This document shows positions 59,234-64,000 of a stretch of DNA of 64,000 bases, in pieces. The position numbers were made by a program, and so were the translations under genes. The notes under the pieces are model-generated. The model did not search any database, had not been told where the DNA came from, and was given only the letters and a program-made list of their open reading frames with translations. The stretch is from Candidatus Woesearchaeota archaeon (GTDB lineage: Archaea; Nanobdellota; Nanobdellia; SCGC-AAA011-G17; PNOQ01): positions 32,001 through 96,000 of the forward strand of contig JBDRML010000029.1 of NCBI GenBank assembly GCA_043812195.1, given 5' to 3'. How positions within the stretch are numbered: the stretch's first letter is position 1; every line of letters starts with the position of its first letter.

Positions 59234-60097
59234 TTATTGTCCTAAACCTTCTATTCTTCTTTGAATATCTGCTCTTTCAGCTTCAAGAGCTTTGTATCTT
59301 ACTGTATATTGTTCTGCTAATTTAGTTATTAAATCAGCTTTAAAATCGTCGCTGGCGACTGCGTCGCGAACAACAACTACCCGACCACCCAAGCTAGAGA
59401 AGTCAAAGTCGTCCCAGTTGGAGTAAAGATTCAAGTCCCAGTCAAGGCTCAGCCTGGAAAGGCCAGAATTTCTGGTATACAATGTTCTTGAACCATCTCC
59501 AATATTTCCAAAAATTGGTAATCCATTCTCATCAGTTTCAGAGAATCTCTTACTGTTGTTTTCTTTAGCTAATACTTTAGCATGAATCACTTCAGCATCT
59601 TCTTTTAATTTAAATGATAATCCATGTGGGTTATCTTGATCATTAACTAACTCTAAATCAGTCAAATTAACCATTGCCGGATATTGTATTCTTCCCCTTG
59701 CTTTCAATTGTTTTTGTAAATTTCCAGCAAGATAAGAATTAGGATCTTTCATATTTCTTAAAACTAAAGCTATGTCTTCATACTGCCCTTTTAAAGGTAA
59801 TGCATCAGTTCTTAAAATTTTTCCAAAATCAGCAGCTGTAGCTGTTCTAATTTGTTCTTGTTCTAAAACAGAATTCATCAAAACAACAGCAAAAGGATTG
59901 CTCCTCTTAACAACACCGTCTTGATAAATAAGAATACTTAAGGCTCTATTTCCTTGATAATCTGTTCGAACCCTACCTTGATATTCTTCTAAAGCTCTTT
60001 TTCCAAAATCTCTAGTTAAAAAATCAGCTTTAATATATTCTTTGGGAATTTCAATTATTGGTTTTCCTTCAAATTTTGGTAATATTTTTGTAGCCAT
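59234..60097 (-). CDS. DGR target protein 2
   Basis: Internal VR GLSRLSLDWDLNLYSNWDDFDFSSLGGRVV, then a helical tail; paralogue of target 1. Confidence 0.92.
   Translation of the reverse strand: MATKILPKFEGKPIIEIPKEYIKADFLTRDFGKRALEEYQGRVRTDYQGNRALSILIYQDGVVKRSNPFAVVLMNSVLEQEQIRTATAADFGKILRTDALPLKGQYEDIALVLRNMKDPNSYLAGNLQKQLKARGRIQYPAMVNLTDLELVNDQDNPHGLSFKLKEDAEVIHAKVLAKENNSKRFSETDENGLPIFGNIGDGSRTLYTRNSGLSRLSLDWDLNLYSNWDDFDFSSLGGRVVVVRDAVASDDFKADLITKLAEQYTVRYKALEAERADIQRRIEGLGQ
59382..59464 (-). repeat. DGR variable repeat 2 (VR2)
   Basis: 13 mismatches to TR core, all at TR adenines; hairpin GCGAC-GCA-GTCGC at 59355-59367. Confidence 0.95.
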
Positions 60098-60168
60098 TTT
60101 ATCTAAAAATAGTGAAATTAATATGTTTATAAAACTTTCGATTTTGTTACTATTTTAAAGTAAAAACT

Positions 60169-61653
60169 TTATATCCAAGATTTAATTTCTCTTAACTGTT
60201 TAATATCGTTTGTATATAGCTCTCTCAAATCTTTAATTCCGAAATAAGGGCAAGTAATTCTTCCTAATCCAAATCCCCATGCCAAAACAGGAATATCAAT
60301 TCCAAATAAAGGTTTAACAACTTCAGGTCTAAAAATCCCTGCTCCACCAAGCTCAACCCATTTATCTCTCTCAGGTATATACGCATCTACTTCAACTCCA
60401 GGTTCTACATAAGCAAAGTATCCAGGTCTAAATCTAACTTTATCATATCCCATCTTCCCAAAAAACTCTTTCAAGTATCCTAATAAATGTTTAAAGTTAG
60501 CATTAGGATCTATCACAATACCCTCAGTTTGATTAAATTCAAATAAATGATTCCAATCTAAAGCCTCATTCCTATAATTTCTTCCAATAGCAAAAAACTT
60601 AGCAGGTAAATCAGATTTCTTTAATTCGGAAATAGTCTTAGCACTCAAAACAGTAGTATGTGTTCTCAAGACTAATTTCTTAGCTTCTTCTTCATCCCAT
60701 TTATATTTCCAAACATTCTCATGCTCTCTCTTAACTTTATTAACTAATTCTTTACTAGGTAATTTCGCTTTTCCTTTTACAAAAAAAGTATCCTGCATTT
60801 CTCTAACAGGATGATCTTGCGCAGTAAACAAAGAATCAAAATTCCAGAAACTACTATTAATTATCGGACCAGTCATTTCCTTAAAACCCATATCCAACCA
60901 AATCTGTTTAGCATGCGACTTAGCTTCATTAACAAAATGTCTTTTTCCAGGATAAATTTTAGGAACTTCAACTTCTACATCATACTTTCTGAATTTCTTT
61001 CCAATCCAGCTTCCAGTTTTCAACATAGCACTAGTTAATATTTCTATACCACCAGCTTTTAATTTAGAACTACTTAGTTTCTTACCTAAATTAGTCAACT
61101 CAACATTAATTAATTTTTTATCTTCAACTCTAATCATATCTCTTCTTTTTTTCAACTCATTATACGCGTATTTCTGCCCATCATTCAAAGATTCTACTTC
61201 TAAAGGCAACTCTTTCATAAATTTCTCTTCAAAACTCTCTTTACTCAATATTTTTTTACCTTGATCACTAATAGAAATCTTTTTGCCAAAAATAATAGCC
61301 ATTTTACTTCTCAATAATCCAACAGAAACATTAATCTCAGGAACGCTTAAATTAGCTTTTACTCTAATCTCATCCAAACTTAAATTCTGTTTTTCAATAG
61401 TTTTCAGAAATTTTCTCTCAGGCAACCCATATTTTAAGTAATATTCACCATTCTTACCTAAAGAAATAATTTGCTTCTTAGTTTTAACAGTTTTAATTAT
61501 ATTCTTATTTTCCAACCACTGCAAAGCTCTTATAACCTCTACTTCTGACAGATTAGAATTCTTAACAATCTTATCAAAACCTTCTAATTTTAAATATGGT
61601 AATACCTTCCTTTCTAGAGGATGTAAGCTCTCAGCTAATCTTTCAATAGTCAT
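60169..61653 (-). CDS. pheS: Phenylalanine-tRNA ligase alpha subunit
   Basis: WNFDSLF..QDHPVREMQDTF, LRTHTT, YRNE, GAGIFRPE, AWGFGLGR. Confidence 0.95.
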   Translation of the reverse strand: MTIERLAESLHPLERKVLPYLKLEGFDKIVKNSNLSEVEVIRALQWLENKNIIKTVKTKKQIISLGKNGEYYLKYGLPERKFLKTIEKQNLSLDEIRVKANLSVPEINVSVGLLRSKMAIIFGKKISISDQGKKILSKESFEEKFMKELPLEVESLNDGQKYAYNELKKRRDMIRVEDKKLINVELTNLGKKLSSSKLKAGGIEILTSAMLKTGSWIGKKFRKYDVEVEVPKIYPGKRHFVNEAKSHAKQIWLDMGFKEMTGPIINSSFWNFDSLFTAQDHPVREMQDTFFVKGKAKLPSKELVNKVKREHENVWKYKWDEEEAKKLVLRTHTTVLSAKTISELKKSDLPAKFFAIGRNYRNEALDWNHLFEFNQTEGIVIDPNANFKHLLGYLKEFFGKMGYDKVRFRPGYFAYVEPGVEVDAYIPERDKWVELGGAGIFRPEVVKPLFGIDIPVLAWGFGLGRITCPYFGIKDLRELYTNDIKQLREIKSWI

Positions 61654-61694
61654 AAAAATAAAAAGAAACAGAAGTATATAAAAATGTTGCTATC

Positions 61695-61904
61695 TTAATC
61701 AATAGCTTTAGCCTCAGAAAGAGCTTTTTTATTTAATATCTTACTAGCATTAAGTAATTCAACGCCTATTAATTTATTATTTTTATCAAAATCAAGTATT
61801 ATATTCTCATTAAGTTCTATTGTTTTTTTAGATTCTCCATCTTTTATAGAACTTTCTACATAAATATATGCAGCATCCACATCCTTATCATATTCAAATA
61901 TCAT
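61695..61904 (-). CDS. DUF2283-like putative antitoxin
   Basis: YDKDVDAAYIY...ILDFDKNNKLIGVELLNASK. Confidence 0.8.
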   Translation of the reverse strand: MIFEYDKDVDAAYIYVESSIKDGESKKTIELNENIILDFDKNNKLIGVELLNASKILNKKALSEAKAID

Positions 61905-61907
61905 ATT

Positions 61908-62117
61908 TTAAATAACAGTTATAACTTTTATATAACTTTCCTTTTTTATAAAAACCACTTTAAGTTTTCTGCCTTTTACTTCTCCATATGCCTCAAACAT
62001 ATTTTTAAGTGATTTTTTAACATAATCAGGAAATTCCAAAACATGTTCAACATCAAGTAGTGATATACCCCTTTGTTTTAACCTTTTATTTGCATGTTCA
62101 GAATAAATTATGTTCAT
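61908..62117 (-). CDS. DUF4258-like putative RNase toxin
   Basis: YSEHANKRLKQRGIS...LKVVF...IKVITVI. Confidence 0.78.
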   Translation of the reverse strand: MNIIYSEHANKRLKQRGISLLDVEHVLEFPDYVKKSLKNMFEAYGEVKGRKLKVVFIKKESYIKVITVI

Positions 62118-62153
62118 AAAATTAAAAATAAATAAAGATATATAAAAATGTTG

Positions 62154-62453
62154 CTATCTTAATGATCTGATAACATCACCTAATGTTATTGGAAATTCAC
62201 TATGATTAATAAATCTGTATCCTTCATACAAAACAAGATGGTTATAACCCTCACCTACAGATTTTTGGTTTAATCCTAAAATAGTACCACGGGCACCCAT
62301 TAATAAACATAATTCCTTTAAATATACAAAAGTTTTATCATCACCGTGTATCTCTAGGCCCCTTTGCGCTTTTTCAACTAGATTTTGAACAACTTTTCTA
62401 TATGTTGGCTCTGCTTTTGCTTCAACCATCTCTGCTCTTATTATTTTATTCAT
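62154..62453 (-). CDS. Hypothetical protein
   Basis: 99-aa ORF, AAGGAG RBS. Confidence 0.6.
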   Translation of the reverse strand: MNKIIRAEMVEAKAEPTYRKVVQNLVEKAQRGLEIHGDDKTFVYLKELCLLMGARGTILGLNQKSVGEGYNHLVLYEGYRFINHSEFPITLGDVIRSLR

Positions 62454-62474
62454 TTTATTTTACTCCTTATATTT

Positions 62475-62837
62475 TTATCTCCTTGTAAATCTAATAAATT
62501 CATTAGATAAGAGATTCCATTGAAAATCACTCATTCCAACAATTTGTATCTGTGATCCTTCACGAGTATCTGTATAAATTATAGGACCCTCATTCATGTT
62601 TACTTCAAAGCGTCCAAAATAAAGTTCATTTTTTAAATGATTAACCAAATCATTTGGTATACCTGTTTTTTTATGATTCTGTTCAGAAAATGCACCTTTT
62701 TCAGGAAAAAAAGTCATAATTTTTTCACCAGTTCTCAAACAAGCAGGATTTCTTAAAACAATATAGCCTTCTTCAGCAAAGCTTGGTGCTGTACATATTT
62801 TCAAATACGCACCCACTTCTGGATAAATTAGATTCAT
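62475..62837 (-). CDS. Hypothetical protein
   Basis: 120-aa ORF, start overlaps upstream stop. Confidence 0.55.
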   Translation of the reverse strand: MNLIYPEVGAYLKICTAPSFAEEGYIVLRNPACLRTGEKIMTFFPEKGAFSEQNHKKTGIPNDLVNHLKNELYFGRFEVNMNEGPIIYTDTREGSQIQIVGMSDFQWNLLSNEFIRFTRR

Positions 62838-63517
62838 TTTTCCTCAGTCTCCTGTACACCGAAAGCATAACCATTCTTGCCGTCGCCACGAACGTTGCAA
62901 CTGATATAAAGCCTATGATCGATGTGCCAATAGGAAACCAAAGCCGAAACTCTTGTTTCTGGATTATCAACAGACTCAAAACTCCCTAAATAAGGTTTGA
63001 CTCTGTGTTTATCAGCAATCTCTCCAAGTTTTCCAGCTCCATCTTCTCCTGCTAATCCAATTATAAATGGATTTCTAGCTAATTCAATAGGAGATTGGCT
63101 TCCTGTTTTAAAGCCAAAAGGAACATGTCTTACTGTAGGATCATTTGATTCTAATTTTCTAACTAATTCAGATTCATCCATAAACGGCTTTTCGTCTCTT
63201 GTTTCAGGATTATCTTGAAAATAAGCTCCTTTTCCTGGAACATAGAAAATTCCTGTAAACCCAAATAACAAATGATCTTTCATGATTTTCTTAATTTCTT
63301 TATTATAATAATTATCATCTGAATTAAAAGCCCCGTAAACTAAAGAAGCTGTTTCTGCCATTGTTGGTCTTGCTAATCCATCTCTTTCTATTTCTGCGCC
63401 AATATTAGCATAGGTATTTGGTCCATATTTTGGATGCAAGAATACTAGCTCTTTATCTTTATGAGGAACTATTAATTTAGTTCTTCCCCCTTCAACTTTT
63501 AAGCTATTTGTAGTCAT
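62834..63517 (-). CDS. DGR-target-like protein with VR-like C-terminus
   Basis: C-terminal RVSALVSYWHIDHRLYISCNVRGDGKNGYAFGV is GC-elevated and rich in NNY codons. Confidence 0.65.
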   Translation of the reverse strand: MTTNSLKVEGGRTKLIVPHKDKELVFLHPKYGPNTYANIGAEIERDGLARPTMAETASLVYGAFNSDDNYYNKEIKKIMKDHLLFGFTGIFYVPGKGAYFQDNPETRDEKPFMDESELVRKLESNDPTVRHVPFGFKTGSQSPIELARNPFIIGLAGEDGAGKLGEIADKHRVKPYLGSFESVDNPETRVSALVSYWHIDHRLYISCNVRGDGKNGYAFGVQETEEK

Positions 63518-63524
63518 TTTTTAA

Positions 63525-64000
63525 TTACTCCTCCATATACTTATCAAGATTTTTTTTAGACTTTTTCTTTCTATGCCAACCAATAATTGGACTAAATCTT
63601 GTATACCATGGACCAACACCCCTAAAATTAATTAATCCTATTTGTAAATAATTTCCTTCCTTAGCATAATTTATAGCTCCAATTTCAACCCCATTTATCT
63701 CATCTAAAACAATGCCAACTATTCCACCAGCATTAACACCATTAAGATGATAAGCTCCAGCAACTAATCCAGCATTAACACCTTTAACATGATCAGCTCC
63801 AGCACCCAATCCACCAACATTAACACCTTTAACATGATAAGCTCCAGCAACTAATCCAGCATTAACACCTTTAACATGATCAGCTCCAGCACCCAATCCA
63901 CCAACATTAACACCTTTAACATGATCAGCTCCAGCACCCAATCCACCAGCATTAACACCTTTAACATGATCAGCTTCAGCATATATTCCACCAGCATTAA
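63525..64000 (-). CDS. Beta-solenoid-like Gly-rich repeat protein, 5' truncated
   Basis: GVN(V/A)GGLGAGADHVK repeats, 42/45-bp DNA units, C-terminal QIGLIN...SPIIGW. Confidence 0.7.
   Translation of the reverse strand, partial: NAGGIYAEADHVKGVNAGGLGAGADHVKGVNVGGLGAGADHVKGVNAGLVAGAYHVKGVNVGGLGAGADHVKGVNAGLVAGAYHLNGVNAGGIVGIVLDEINGVEIGAINYAKEGNYLQIGLINFRGVGPWYTRFSPIIGWHRKKKSKKNLDKYMEE

Larger units (their letters stand above)
61675..62163. repeat. 25-bp perfect direct repeat (61675-61699, 62139-62163) flanking a toxin-antitoxin-like pair
   Basis: TATATAAAAATGTTGCTATCTTAAT at both sites. Confidence 0.88.

Overview
AT-rich chromosomal window of a DPANN archaeon, probably Woesearchaeota/Pacearchaeota-like (inferred from gene content). 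Core genes: RNase J, mre11/rad50, sua5, dacZ-type cyclase, rpoH-B''-B'-A'-A''-rpl30e-nusA, rps12-rps7, EF-2, EF-1A, rps10, glmS, prs, pheS/pheT. Standout observations: (1) the EF-2 gene is broken inside its P-loop by a 32-nt frame-disrupting insertion that folds into a bulge-helix-bulge (BHB) motif, i.e. a candidate archaeal mRNA intron, 9 nt from a 500-aa LAGLIDADG intein; (2) four tRNA genes all carry BHB-type introns at four different positions, including a 652-nt tRNA-Lys intron encoding a LAGLIDADG endonuclease, and two free-standing LAGLIDADG genes abut intron-bearing tRNAs and share a 15-bp upstream motif; (3) a two-target diversity-generating retroelement (RT, TR, two VRs with adenine-only mismatches and GNA hairpins, no visible avd) sits between pheS and pheT, with two further target-like genes elsewhere; (4) three small cassettes are flanked by direct repeats with no integrase in view; (5) an SLT+LysM peptidoglycan hydrolase-like gene and a minimal PolX. 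All calls come from reading motifs by eye; no database searches were run.
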